Positions 1-14,200 of a stretch of 64,000 nt of DNA are shown here, piece after piece. The first letter of the stretch is position 1, and each line of letters opens with the position of its first letter. The translations under genes and the position numbers were made by a program. The notes beneath the pieces are model-generated. The model was not told the origin of the DNA and made no database searches. It saw only the letters and a program-made list of their open reading frames with translations. The DNA is taken from assembly GCA_965178125.1 (NCBI GenBank), contig OZ237755.1, positions 682,001 to 746,000 of the forward strand. The letters run 5' to 3'. The DNA comes from Bilabrum cf. latius (lineage: Eukaryota).

Positions 1-3000
1 GCCGTTTCCGTGGTGTAGACTTTCTTCACGATCGTCTGCTTCACTTGCTTGCCTGTCTTGGGGTCCTTCACCTTGATCTCCTCGGGCACTTCCTGCTGGG
101 CAAAGTACCTGGATTGCTCTGACTGTCGCAGCCTTGCGATGGACTGCACCACCAGCGAGGTGAATCCGCTGCGCACGTCCGGGTTGCTGACTCGGCCCCA
201 CGCGTCCGTCGCGTACTGGGTGCCCTGGGGATCCTCGCGAATCCTCCTGAGGAACCACGACCCCGCTGGCGAGAAGCGACCGAACAGTCGCCGCAGAGGA
301 CGGAAGAAGCCCCGCCCCTGCACCATGACGGTGGCGCTGCCGTGTACCAGCGCAAGCCGCGCAAATGCCGTGAGCCACTGGATGGTGCGCATGGCGTCGG
401 CCTGGTATACCAGCGCGACGGCACCGTCAGGCCGCTCTGCACCGGAGCCCGAAGAGGCGGCAGCACCAGTAGCGGCTGCTCCAGATGTCCTGGCCGGGTG
501 GTCGAACGGAAGCCCCGCAACGGCGTCGGGATCTTTCGCATCCCACGCGCGGAGTGAGAATGGGTCTGCCACGGCAGGCACAATGCCCTTGAGGCGCACG
601 GCAGCACGGGCCACCCGCACCATGAACCGGGCGAGGTTGGGATCGAACACCTGCCGCTGCACCATCTGCAGCTGGTTTTGCTCCGCGATCGCCTTGGAAA
701 GCATCGGCGAGGCGTGCCCCTCCCCGGTCTTTGGGTTGCTCGGCGCGAATGCTTCTTGCAGTGCAGTCTTAGTGCCATCAAGGCTGGCGTACTCCTTGGC
801 GTCGAGCTCCCTCGCCTTGAGCTCCTGCTCCGATGGCGTGTACTCCTTGCCCTGCTGCGCTGCTTCGATCGCCTTCTTGTTGACCTCGTCGTCCTCGCCC
901 TCCACCCTCTGGCGAACATTAAGGTGAGCGAACGACTTCCTCCTCTCATACACCAGCATGTAGGCGTTCTGGGAATTCTCCACCATCTCTTCGACGTACT
1001 TGCCATCCAGCCTCTGCCTCGTCTCTTTTCGTTTTCCGCCGAAGCACTCGTCTGGAATGCGGCTGGGATCGAACGGCGTCACGAGATTGTCGTTGAACTC
1101 CATCCACTCGCCTCTCCAGCTCTCCGCGCTGTCGTCGTCGGAGCTGCCACCGGCACCCGCTCCGCTGGCAGGCTGCCTAGGAGACGAGTCGCTTCCACCC
1201 TCCTCGCTGCCTGCGGCGACGACGGGCTCCTGCTTCTCGTCCTCCTCCTCGTCCTCCTCATCTGAGTCCGATTCGTCGTCATCGTCATCGTCCAGGTTCC
1301 CCTGCGTGGCAGCCATCAGCGCGCGCCGCAGCAGCTTTTGCCTCTCCTTTGCGGCCCGTTTCTTGCTCATGCCAGCGATCCCGCTCTTCTTCCTCTGCTC
1401 CGCCCTGAACTTGCTGCGGGCGCCCCTCTCACGGATGTACGAGTAGTAGTGCCCGCTGTCCGTAGTGCCCAGGTGCACGACAACGCCGACCAGATCGTAC
1501 TCGTAGTATTCCTGTGGCCTGCCCTCAGCCAAGCCCACGCCGTACGGCCGGGCGACCTTTGCGTCCTCTGCCAGTTCTTCAGGCGTTTTCTCTGCGCCTG
1601 AGCCCTCGCCTCCATCTCCGCCATCTGCTTCAGAAGCGTTGCCGGGAGCTTCCTTGTCGTCTTCGCGGTCTGCTTCCTTGGACTCTCCTGCGCCGGCACC
1701 CGCGGCCGCTGCATCTTCTGCGGTGGCCTTCGCCTTCTGCTGCATTTCGTTCTCCCATGCAACACCCTCGCGCGTGTAAGGCCACATGTCGAGCTGCTCC
1801 GGGAACTCGAAGCGGTCGTTCACCTTGATCGTCTCAAAGGTCGTGTAGTCCAGATCGAACCGCTTGAGGTGCAGCACCATCGTGTCGGGCAGCTGCGACA
1901 CGCAGCTTCGCTTGAGCACGGTCGTCTGCTCGGACTCGCCACCCTCCTCCTCTTCCCAGCGATACCCCTCCACCGGGTCACCTGCAGCAAGGCCGCCCAG
2001 CGACTCCAGCAGCGAGTTCTTTCCCCTCACCTCGCACTGGATGCACACCCAATCCTCTTCGCTCCGCCATTTCACCTTGCCCTTGCCATCCTGCCTGGAC
2101 AGGGCGCTGATCGACCTGCCCCTGATGGTGGAATCGAGGATTCGCCGCTGGGGCAGCCCAGCTAGAGACGAGTCGAGCCTCTCGCAGAGCAGACCGAGGA
2201 ACTCCTGCGCGTCCTGCTGGATAAAGGCCTTTGTGGGCTTGCCTGCGCGGTCCTTAAATCCCTTGAGCCACTGGGTCGGGTCGTAGCACTGGGTGTTTGC
2301 GCGATCGAGGAAGCCGAACATGCGCTGCAGCTGGCAAAGCATGTCCTCCTTCGCCTTTGAGCCGATCTTATCCTTGGGAACTCCTCCCTGTTCTACCTTG
2401 GCCTGCGCCTCCTCGATCTGCTGCAGCAGCTCCGGGGGCTCCTTGCCCTCCTCCGGCTCCTCCACGTCGTTGGCCTTGGCCCAAGCACGCTTGGCACGGA
2501 TGGCAGCCACGCGCTTCATGGCGTCCACCTGCTTGCGAGCCAGTACACCTTCAGCATCGGCTGCCAGGACACCAAGCCTCAGTCGCTCCACGTTAAAGAA
2601 CTGCTGCAGAAGGGCGATCATGTAGCAGATGCAGCCCAGGTTCTTGATACCCAGGTGGCCCGTGGCGCTCCTCTGGTTCCGCATGGGATCGAACCGGAAC
2701 GAGCGTGTGACCTGATCCGGTCTCCAGGGAACAATGCTGGCCCCCTTATTCGCGTCCGAGTCGGACTCTTTGTCCGCGGAGCTCTCTCGCCACATGAAGT
2801 CGCGTACCTGAAGGAACACCCTCCGGGCATGGACGCAATCCGCCGGGGCGTTAGGTCCGAACAATGTCGCGATGAGTGCGTATGCCGATCGCCTCGTCAC
2901 GGGCTTCTTGCACCACGGGGCTGACTGCTCCGACTGCTTCTCGGACTGCTCTGGCGAGGACGACCCTGCCCCGGATGCCGCTCCAGAGCTATCGTGCCCG

Positions 3001-6000
3001 ACGGACGAAGAGAAGAGACCTCGGGTCAGCAGCAGCGTGGAGATGTCAGCCCCGCCGTCCCCAGCCGACTTGGCAAGCCACAGGCGAGCAGTCTCGCTGG
3101 ACTCCGCGGCAGCCGCCAGCAGCTGCAGCGCACTGCACAGCTTCCCGTCCTGGTTGCCCTGCACCCAGTCCTCGGTACTGGGCCCGGACAGTGCCTGCCT
3201 GACCTCGTGCGCCGCTGCCTTGAGCTCTGGAACGAGCCAAGGGAGCACCCTGGCGGCATCGACGGGGAAGTACGGCCCTCCGTGCTCCGGGGCAGACAGG
3301 GATTCTTTCCTTACCGTGGCTTCGGCGGTTGCTGACGGGACCGGCTCAGGCAGTGGCTCGACACTATCGCCGTAGTCCACCGCGTCTCCCTTGCCTTGGT
3401 TCTCCCTGTACCTCTCCTCTCTCTCGATGGCATCGATTTCCTTGAGAGAGTCTCCGCCCTCCGGGCCTTGCCCGCTCACCGTGCGGAGAAGGGAGGCCAC
3501 AGCATCCAGGTACTCTCCGCAAAACTGGCTTGCCTTAGTGCTGCAAGCTAGCTTCAATGGCCGAGCTAAGGAGATCGCGCCAGCAGCCTCCTTCCCCTCG
3601 GCAGAGTCTTCCGCAACGCTTCGCCTTGGTCGATTGCGAACGAACAAGGACACCAGCGCGTGCTCAGGAACGTGAGATGCCGCCATCGCGTCAGCGCATT
3701 TGTCCTAGTCCCCTGCAGCGGATCGCACAGCCATGTAGGCCTCAATCTTGCCGCCAGCCTGTCGCCGGACCACGCGCGCTGTCTCCACAAGCACCACAGG
3801 GATGCAGGAACAGGCCTCGCGAATAGGAGTCCAGCGTCTGTTATCGCCGTGAAGCAGGGCAGAGCCTACGAGAGCCTCCGCCAGGGTGCAGGGCTGGCTG
3901 CCTGCTGCGCACTCTGCTGGACTCTCCGCAGGTACCGCGCCAACTGCAGCGGTCCAGGCACCGGGGCAGGCCCCCAGGAGCACAGGGAGGCAGTTGGCAG
4001 CATGCAATGCACTGCTGCGCCAAGCCGAGCTCATGGCTTGCCCCTCGATTCCCGACTCCCGTTTAAGGCAGACGGCTCTCCATAGCATTGCCACCATAGG
4101 GCCAGCGAGCTGGGACCAATCAAGTGTCGATCCATCGCCTACAAAGGCAGCTTGCGCGGCGGAGGCAGTCGCCAGGTCCAGCGATCCAGATCCGGCGGCC
4201 TGCTGTGCGGCAGCCTGCTAAGCAGGGAGGATACTCTCTGCTTCAGATGTGACCGACTCGCGATTCGGCCAACGAGCCGCAGCTGCAGCTACGGCCCACG
4301 GACCCAAGCTCCTGACGAACTCCACCTCCAAGCCAAGCTCCTGCAGGTGCAGCGAGACGTCCTCGGGGGCAAGCGGGCATGCCGACTCGGAGGGCTCGGC
4401 CTCCGGGTAGCGCTTCAACCACGTGTAGTCGCTGCTATTCATGACGGCGGCGCCCTCAAGCGCCGATTCCTCGGGGTCACTGCCGTCCACCATACTGGCT
4501 GCCGCGGCATCCGCCAACCTTGGGGAGCAGCAGGGCGGAGGATCGGATTTGGCGATGCTGTAGAGAGACTGCTGCTGCAGCATCATCGAACGCACCCCAA
4601 GTGCCGTGGGGAGGATGGGCAAAACGGCACCGCACCAAATTGACTGCAGTAGTTGAAGGCACTCCGCAGCGGCCACGCTGGCTGCCCAGCATCCAGGCGA
4701 AGCGCGCCACGACCCCGGCTCACCCTGCCACTCGGCCCCTTCTTTCGCCGTGGCAGGTGAGCCTGGCATCGCGACTGCAGCTTCCTCGGGAGCGCGCGTG
4801 CTGCCGTACGCTGCGGACCCAGCGGCCGCTTTGAAGGCCTTGATAAGATGAGATACCCCCACTCCGCCCGCGTAAAACTTGCGGCGCCAGCGGATCCGTT
4901 CGCCCTCCTCGGCTTGGGCATCAAGCTCGTGCGCCCTGCACCCGTCTGCGCTCTAAGACGCCGACAGCTCCAATGTGGAATTGATGCGGACGCGGAATCT
5001 GCACCTCGACGCTGCCCACTGCGCGAGCCTAGCCTATGGCGTCAGCATCTTTCGGAGAGCCAAGACTCCGTACAGCAATCTGGCAGGAGAATCGGTCGGC
5101 AAGATCGCCTCCATGTCTTCGGTCGTGAGTGGCTCCTCGAGGGCGCTCATCGCAGCCAATCCAGCGGTCTCCGAGGGCACCCCGATTGAGCCCTCGGGCA
5201 GCAATGCCACGCAATGAGCACCCTCCCTCGAGCCAGCCTAGCGCCGCAACAGGTACAAAGCCATGTCGTCGCGGGCAGCTGCTAGGCCTGACGCAATGTT
5301 CGGGTTGTCTGCCGTGGTGTACATCTGGTAGGCCGAGGGCTCCGGGTTCTGAGGCTCCAGCGACCTGTCGAAAGTGCGGAGCTCAGGCGGCACCGAGGCA
5401 GTCGCGGACAGCTGCCGAACCTTGGCCTCGATGTCTGGCTCTGTCGGGCACCTGCTCAGGATCGTCCACAGCGATTGCAGGGTGGCTGCGGGCAGCGGCA
5501 GGCACGGCGACCGTCCCTTGACATCCGAGGCGGCATCGAGCGCCTCGAGCAGCACAGAGTGGGCTGATGACCACCTGGACAAAAGCGCGGGAGCAAGCGT
5601 GTTGACTGCTCGCGGCTCGACCGGATCATCCTGCGCCTTAAGAGCCCGCAAGAGAAGAGTCTAGGTGTAGCCCAGGTTCGGCACAAGGTGCACCGGCTGG
5701 CCTTCCGTGCTGCTGTCTACCTTCGTGCCGTCCTAGAACTGGAATATCGCCGTGAACGGGTCTGCTCCAACGGCGGCGCAAAGCTCCAGCTTGACGTCAG
5801 CGAGAGACTCGTACGGCTGGATCGTCACGTTGCACGCCTTGTGCCTCTTGATCTTGGGCGGAGACTTGGAGCCAGGTGACTGGACCGCTGCTCCCGAGCC
5901 ACTTGCTGCAGCAGCAGCTCCATCGTCTGTTGTTGGGTCGGTCACGATGGCGTTTACAGAGATGCGGACAGCGTTGCCAAGGTTTAAGTCGCTGTAACTG

Positions 6001-9000
6001 GCCCACCCCACCATTGCGTCGGGCGCGTGCATGCCAAGCCTGCCCACTGCGGCAGCGCTGTCACCACTCACCAGAGATAGAAGCGTGCGGACTGCACGAG
6101 ACGCGAGCTCGGCGCAGCGCTTCTGCACGTACGCAGGCTCGCTGCCTTCTGCAGGCAAGCCGGCCTGGGTAAAATCGGCTTCTGCCGGCTGCTCGTCTTC
6201 ATCTGCGCCTGCGCCACCACCGGCACCAGAGGCTGCTTCATCGATGATCGAGCCGGTGCTGCTGGCCCGCGGCATGTCTCCGATGGAGGGCAGCCTGCGA
6301 AGACTCGTGGCAGCCTCCGGTGGCACCTCCAGGCGGGCTCGCGCCACGGCTGTGCGGATGGCAGCAACAGCACGCTTCAGGTAGCCCGCCATCATGTTGG
6401 CCCTCTGCTTCTTGGCATCGCCCTGCAGCTGGTGCAGCAGCGAGGCTAGCTTTTCAGCCGCGTGAGTGGAGGCCGTCTCGTCTTGTCCCCCGAGAGCGAT
6501 GCGCCAGAACGCGCCCTCGCCGACGAGGCCCGAGTCGTGCTCACCTACCTTCTGCACGGTGAACGAATTGGCTGAGCAGTGGAGCCTGCCCTCGTAGTGG
6601 TTCACGTAAAGGAACGCGCGGTTCAAGCACGCCTGCAGCTGAAGCCACAAAAAGCTCATCGGCTCCTTCCAGCGCTTCCGCAGACCTGATACATCGTCCT
6701 CGTCACACAAATCAGAGGGATCGTCAGAGACCCACGGACCCTCCAGGTGCTCTGTGAGAAGCCTGACAATGCATTCTCCAAACACGACGGGGTATCCTCC
6801 CTTGCTTCGCAGCTTGGCCGCGACGGCTGCAGAGCTACCGCGCCGATCAGTGCCCAGGAATTCGGATTCGATGCGCACTCTCTCCTCTGGGTCCATCTTT
6901 CCCAGGGGCGCCAGCTTCTTCTTCTTCTTCTTCTTGATCTTCTAGTCCGAATCACCAGCACCTGCCGCATCCTCGACGCTCTCTTTCATCACCATGGCAA
7001 GCTCGCGCTGGGCATGGACGTGGATGGATTCCTCGCGGAACAGGGAGGAGATGCAGTTCGCAAACCACTCCAGCAAGCGCGCTCGTTCGCCTGGCGTGCT
7101 GCCCTCAGTGGCAAGCAGCTCCCACATCGCATCCACATCGGACGGCTGGAGCAGCAACGGGCCACACTTGTGCAGGCAGCCGCCCAGCAGCGACATGCGG
7201 CTAGCTACACCGGCCAGATAGCAACCTGGCCTAGTGATCCCCGAGCTGTAGGAAGTTGCCTCCGATGACGCGGCCTTGACCCTGCGAGTGGTCGCTGACG
7301 CCGGGTCAGGGGAGCCGGCTGGCGGCCTGCATCCCAGAAGGGGGGCGGGGGGCTCCGCGGGCTCGTCCACCAGCGCTGTGTCCAGAGCCGCGCTCCGCAA
7401 GGGGGTGCATTTGCGAGCATCCTCCCTGAAATTAGCGAGCTCCTGCAGCCACACGGTTGCGATCTTGCCGTCGCCTAGCAGGTCTAGCAGGAGCCTGTCG
7501 GCGTCATCCTGCTCACTCATCACGACATTCCCGTCTTCGTCCTTCACGACGGGCTGCAGCAACCGGATGGCATCCACGCAGGCAATGAACACCTTGCGCA
7601 TGGAGTTGGTGGCGTAACCGTTGGACAGGGCGGCCCACGCATCGCGAGCAATACCAGGGAGCACTGGCCCGAGATGCGTCCGAACGATGACAGACTCAGC
7701 ATGACTGCGTGCCGACTCAGATACCTCAGTCGGCAGCATGTCGTTGGCCTGGGACCCGAGATCCTTCGCGGCCTCCTCAGCTGCGGCAAAGGCTGAGCTC
7801 TCGCTGGCTGCGGCCTTGCCGTTTACCATGCCCGAGCACCGCGATGCCGCCTCGACAGCTCCAGCCAGCCAGGCGCATATCCTCACGCGGCTGAGATCGG
7901 TCACCCTGTCGCCCTCCGCGCCCTCTTCCATAGCCCAGGTGGTGGCGTCCTTAGCGGCAGTCACTCCAGCAGCTAGCACACGTGCTCGCCAGGCTGCCAG
8001 CGACACAGGCGAGGCGCATGCGAGCATGATTTGCAGGGCGGCGCACCTCACCCTTGCGCATTCCGCATCATCAGAGCCCACATCGATGTCCACGGCATCA
8101 GGGCTAAAGTAGGACACGGCCCGAGCGCCCGCCTCGATGTCGCCTTCAGTGGTTTCTATAGTGAGAGGCATGATTGTCTTCGCCGCGAGTTCAGCGCCCT
8201 GCAGCTCAGACGGGTCCCAGCCCTCAAGCTTCACAAATTCGGCCTGGCTGGGCATTGGCGCGGCAGCGCCCTCGCCGTCCGAGGTGCCAGCGCCAGAAGA
8301 CGCCTCGAAGGAAGGTTCGTCGGGCTGGCCATCAGGGAACAACGCGCCGCTCTGCAGAGGCAGCACCTTGAACCACGCCTGCTCGGCCTCCCCGGCGTCC
8401 ATGCCGGCCAAACGGCACCACTTGTCTGCGGGCTTGAGGTCACCGGCCAGGCAACGGAGCAGACCCAGAGCACCGCTGCACCATGACTCCTGCGGCAGGA
8501 CCATGAGCCAGCCAAGCAGCAGCTTGCGCTGACGCGGGAGAGCGTACGCCGCGACTGCGTTCAGGGCCTGCCAAGCAGTCTCGCCAAGCCCCACCTTAGT
8601 GCCTGCAGTGCTGGCAACTTGCCATACCAACGCTAGCTGGCTGTCGGGCAGCTGCCCATGAGCCGCGAGCCAGCACATGGCGTGGCCGGCCTGGTCCCAC
8701 AGCGAGTTGTGCCGCCGCAATTCGAAGGCATCACGGACCACGTCAAGTCCGCGCAGCCACCCAGCCAGCCTAGTCGAGTCTAGCCACGCGGCTGCTTCTC
8801 TGACCAAATATGCCCCCTTGGGACCTCTCCGGATGTGCCTGTTCTGCAGCTGTGCACCAGCGGGTAGGGCAGCTCTATAGGATGCCCCAGGTGCGTGGCC
8901 CACAGTCTGGATCAGCTGATTCAAGGCTAGCTGCCCCGCCAGCCTCGAGGGAAGCGAATCGCTTCGGATGGCCTGCTTGATCAGAGCCATCCGTGCAGGC

Positions 9001-10974
9001 TCATGGAAACGAGCAGCTGCTGCCTCCGGCATGCTGCGGCGCAGGGCGTGCCGGAGGTACCTCCAGATGTTTATGATGTTGTTGTGCCGGAGCTCCCTCA
9101 CGTCTCGGCGGCGAATGCGCCTGCAGCACTCGCACAATTGGATGGCGCAGGTCCTGATCCACTCCGAGCTCGTGTTCCAAGACGAGAACTCGCTCGCCTT
9201 CATCAGCATCAGAGAGGCCACCTCGATCATCAGAAGGCTGAGCAGACCGTCTTCTTTGTCCTCCTCTTTGGCTTTCTCCGTCTTGCCCGAGTCTCCCGGT
9301 GCATCCCCCGCCCCACTGCTGGGCTCGGCTGCCTGATCGGAGCCGAGGTCTTCCTCCTCAATTGCCAGCTGTTTCGCTCTCTCAGCAGCGGAGCGCAGTC
9401 TTCCCTGGATGGCAAACATGGTGGGCATCTCTTCGTCTTCTACGTCCTCTTTTCCGGAATCCACTAGCACCTTGTACTTTAGGAACCTCACGAACGTCTG
9501 CGACTGGGCTGTGCTGCACCACTGCCCGTACGGCCTATGAGTAATCGACATGAGCTTTCCCGTCTCCGTCTGCTTCTCCAGCATACTGAGGTCTTCTCTG
9601 GCCCATCCCAGCGACACGGGGTCAATGTAACCATCGGGAACTGCCGCGGCCTCCACCTCGTCCCCGTAGTAATTGCGGACATGTGCATCGGTGATCATCC
9701 GGGGCCTGACGATGTACGGCGAGCCCCTCGCCACGGTCCAATCATGGCTAGTGGGATGCCCAATGAAGTGGATCCCAAGCTTGTCGCCGTTGCTCGGCTC
9801 GGGGTTCTGCTCCTGCTCATCGTGACCCCCGCGCGCCGCGGCGTCGTCGTCAGCCTGTGCGCTGGTATCAAACTCGACAGAGGTAACCACAGCCAGGCGG
9901 AACGAGTTGTTCGAGTGGTGCTGGCAGTCCAGAATCGACCCAACTCGCAGGCTGTTCCTCCATTCTTCGCCAGCAAGCAGCGGCTCGTTTTCCTCGTCTG
10001 CCAAACCGGAGGCATCCGCGCTCTTGATCATCATCACCTTTCGCTGCCACTCGGCGCCCATGCCGACCGGAGCAATGTACTCGGGAGTATTGGTCAGCTC
10101 TGTAGTTTTATCTCCCTCGCCCAAGAGTACGGAGACTTTGTATCCGCCGGCGTCGACTGCGATAAGGAAGGCGGGCTGCCACGCGCCCGACTTGAGCAGC
10201 ACGTCAACCCGCGCATTGCCCTTGGCACCCTCCTTGTCGAAGAGCTATTGCGCCCAGTTGTACTCGATCGCGGGCGCGAAGCCTCGGTTCAGGGCGTCGC
10301 GCTCGCCGTCGAGCATCATGTGGCCGAACGAGCCGTACGCTCTTGCGGAGCCCTCGCCGCCCACAAGATACGCAATGATGCTCGCCTGCTTGACGTTGCC
10401 TGTGGCCCACCCTCGCGCAGCAATGCGAGCGTATGATGTCAACATCTTGCGCATGTTTTCCTCCATGTTTGGGTCCTGCAAATCCACTTTGGTGTTGCAA
10501 ACGGCGGGTGCCAGCTTAGCTGCGCCCTCATGGCAATACCAGTCGTATATTTTCTGGAACGTTTCCTTGCCATACTCTTGCTTCCCTGTGACAGGGTCTT
10601 TTGCCCAGATGGGCTCGTCCCGATCAGCTTCACGTACGAATCTGTCCCATCCCACAAGGTTCGCGATGCCTCGAGCACCTTTCCCTGCTGTGAAGGCATC
10701 TTCTGCGGAACAAATCGATTCGGGGGGGAACAGAGTCAATGGCAGTGCTGCTTGTTTTCACTTTATACAAAACTGGCGATCTCTGCAGGGTGGTGCCGCG
10801 GGAGTGCACACTCTGGGCAGGATCGCGATGCTGGTGCTACAGCACCCGGGCAGCATGCCATCGCACAACAATAAGACTTAGGGACTCACTTGCAATCAAA
10901 TCAGCATATATATAGTCTATGTTTCGGGTGAACTTCTCGAAGCAGTTTTGGTTGATCTGCTCAGGGCCTGCCAT
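1..10974 (-). CDS. Ubiquitin-specific protease (peptidase C19), USP9X/USP24/USP34-like, >3,600 aa; 3' end runs off the window start
   Basis: One minus-strand frame runs from 10747 to 1 when 9 TAGs (10245, 6942, 5733, 5661, 5238, 5034, 4953, 4218, 3705) are read through, with no TAA/TGA. Cys box GHLGIKNLGCICYMIALLQQFF (~2660-2595), QQDAQEF-like box (~2220), His box VVVHLGTTDSGHYYSYIR (~1485-1430), WMEFND (~1105-1090), NAYMLVYER (~970). Putative exon 1 10974-10890 (MAGPEQINQNCF...) with a GTGAGT donor; the exon 1 model is less certain than the body. Confidence 0.9.
10748..10889 (-). other. Putative spliceosomal intron (142 nt) in the USP gene
   Basis: GTGAGT donor, ...ACAAGCAG acceptor, phase 1. 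It removes an in-frame TGA at 10758-10760. The acceptor resembles the ACAAGCAG acceptor at 15748. Confidence 0.6.
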
Positions 10975-11299
10975 CGGATTCCAATGCTGCAAGAACGTCC
11001 GAGCAACACAAACAATATCTCCTCTGAGACAACAGCTGGCTTAGTACCCCGATGTATTGCTGCAATACGTGTGATTAAATTCTAGATTTTATGTGAAATC
11101 CGACCAACAAGTATTTGCCGCCGAGAATTCGAGCTTCCTTCAAGTGTCCGAGTTTATAAAGTCTGATTTGATCGAATTTACACATTACTTTGTTTTGTTC
11201 GGAGCCAAAATGCTGCAACTCTCTGTGAACCTTTGATCGTGCCCTTTCAAGCATAGCACCATTGAAAACTTGCAGTATCGTGTGACATCGACGGTAATT

Positions 11300-14200
11300 A
11301 TGATTGCACGAAGATCTGCTGGTTATACTAAGGGTTTATCAATAGTTGAACGCCTTTCTCTTTTGAGACCTGCAAGACAGCAACTGCTGCGAACGCTTCG
11401 CAGAATGCCAGCCCGCGCTATCGAGTGTGCACATTCACACCAATCTGGTAAATCATATATTTCCACTATGGGCATGCAGAAGAGCAGCAATATTAGTATT
11501 TTGAACGCCAGGCAGCTGTTGTCTACAACGCTGCGGTGCACCCGAAACGTTTGGCAATCCCCATCGCGTGACTTCGCGTCTGGTTTTTCTCGGCGCGCAC
11601 ACGATAGCAACATAATTGGTGATGCCCACGTTGAAGACGCTCTGGTGGTTCTTTCTCGAGTTGCGTAGTGTAAATGTAAATCCCTGGATTTGCTGCAGTC
11701 TGGTAGGATCAGTGCCGCAGCCAGAGATTCTTCCGATAGCCGCAGTGGACACGAGTATTTGCACAATAGGTGGGAATCTCAGCATCTGTTTTCGATTCGA
11801 CAAGTGGTCGCAAAGCACGAAGTTCTTGGGCAGGGCGCTGCGCCGTCTCTTGCCTACGAAGAAGGAATCGATCGGGTCTCTGACCTGGTCGGAGATAGCG
11901 CAAGTGTATTGCTTCAAAATATGAATCGCCGGCTGCAAAGAGACGGTCGAGGCGGATCGGCCGCCACTGTGCGGGACCTCTGCCGCATAGGGACGCACCC
12001 GCCGACCAGTGCCTCCGGCAAGCAAACCAAGGACCGGGCCCGCGCCCAGCCGAAAGAATCAATGGGCGCATCTCAGCGCAGCGACTCGGTACTGCAGGCT
12101 AGTCACGCCGCGGTTTGCCTCGAAGTGGCCCTGGAGGACGCCATGGAGCGCCATAGGACGAGGAGAGACGGCAGAGTGGCTCGCTGGGGACCGGCATACA
12201 GGTCTAGAGCCACAAGCACAGGCGAACACTTGGCAGAAGCAAAGGAAATTTCCGACGCGATGTTCGATTCAGCATAGGTGGGTGTCCTTGGCCACTTACC
12301 GGCAGTGGTGCTCGGCGACAGGGCGGCAGCCGAGCTCGACAGCCTGCTCGGCGCGATCGAGGAAAAGCGCGGTGTCGTGGACGACGACGACGGTCTGGCA
12401 GACGTACTGCAGCAAGCATTGCGCGCTGTGGCACGGGCGATGGGTGCGACCGCGATGGCCTCGGGAACAGGCAGCTATAGGCTTGTCCAGGTGCTCAAGA
12501 GGATCATCGTAGCAGCATTCGATCGCGGCGTGCAGCTTCCATTGGAGTCGCTCGCAACAACTTGCGTATCTTTGTGTGCAATGTCGCACGCCCGTCCCAT
12601 TGCTTTCTTGCTTGCAGCGATAGTGCAGTCATTGGAGCGTGCCACCTATGGAGCAGACACTGTATCCGGTACCACACGCCGCACGTCTCAGTCTGCACGA
12701 CCGGGGGCGATACCTGAGCTGTTGTCAATTCCGAAAGGCACATCTGTAGAGGACTGGGCGCTCCTTCATGCAAGTTGTGGACGGGCCCTGATCGAAATGG
12801 CTGTCTCTTTCTCGGGATCGCTGTCGGAGAACGTCGCCGAGGTCCGGCTCGAGAGGCGGGACCAGCAGCCGACCAAGCCGATCGACGTGAAGCCAGTGAC
12901 GGCAGACTACCCGGAGAAGTTTCCTCGTTCCTACAAGCTTCCGCCTTACATCTAGAACGTACGGCACGACCCGAACACCCGCGCGCCAATGAGCGTCGAA
13001 TGGTCGCTGCGGGCGGCCACCGAGCTTTTGAAGCGAGCATCGACGCTAGCAGAGTCTACTCGGAGACCACCGAGTCCAGGAGGCCCGTTCATCCGAGAGC
13101 TGACGCTCGGGCTGGAGATGCTGCATGCAGTGCATGGAGGCGGGAGGCACAGCCCCCTCAAGACCGAATTCGGCTGGCTGGCAAGGCCGGATGTGCGGGC
13201 AGGAGCCGATGAATCAGCGTCGTACCGAAACAGGTTGCATTCCCACCCGCTGGCCTACCCGGTGGCTTGGGCGGCAAACCAGTCCACGACGTATTGCTCT
13301 GGTCCGTAGAGTGACTGTTGCCAAGGCTGCGTACCATCTGGAAAGACAGCCTACGGAGAGCCAAGCGCTGCCTCTACCCAAGGCAGCGATGACGTAGCAT
13401 CAGGCCGGGATGTGAACCCAGGACCTGAACTCAGCCACCCTCCCCGAGCGCTCGCGCGCGCAGTGAGCACGACGTTTACTAGTACGGCCTGGGGCACGCA
13501 GCCGTCTACCTGGACCCGGCTCGACTCCTTAGTGTGGGAAGGAGAGGATGTTGAAGGCCATTGGGACGGGTTCCTGACCGAGCAAGACCAGGAGCTGTAC
13601 ATTGATATGGCGAGGAGCGGAAAGTTGCCGTTCCCAGGGCCCCTTGTCGTTGGAAGAGCAACTGGGCTGCAGGTTGGTATCGATCCGAGAACTGGTGCCG
13701 CTCTGGATGTCAGGACGAGCATGCCTCCACCTGTGCGCGCCGATCTCATGTGGCACGGCCTGCAGGTTGGGGTGCTGCTGAGCGGCTCTTGCAGGCGCGG
13801 CGTCGCGCTGCTTCGCCTCTAGCAAGATGAGGCGTCTGATGCCGAGCTTGAGTCTGAGCTGCTTCGCGGCTTCTCGTGCCCTTCCAGTGCAGATGATCCA
13901 ATGTCACATCTACTGTCTGTGGATCGGTTGGCAAGGGAGCAGCTCGACGCCGGCGGCACGCTTGCTGTGTATGCGCGCGATGGAACTGTGATCCCAGGCG
14001 ATTCTGATGGAGCCTCATCCTATGGATTCGAGTAGCTGTCTCTGGCGTCCTAGAAGCGGACCGTGCGATCCAGGGCCTTGCAGGCGATCGCAGCTCGCCG
14101 CGGGATCGCTCTCCTCATCGCCAAGGTGCAGGACCAGACCATGGGCATGGATCTCGACCAGGGCTTTCACGTCAAGCTGGAAGTGGGGCGCAGACAAGGA

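Noticed and set aside
10721-10760. Frameshift at the G7 homopolymer as an alternative explanation of the USP 5' end
   Set aside because: A phase-compatible GT-AG intron (10889-10748) explains the in-frame TGA without invoking an error; not fully excluded.
49-10881. Numerous + strand ORFs over the USP gene
   Set aside because: Antisense shadows; the minus frame carries the complete USP motifs.
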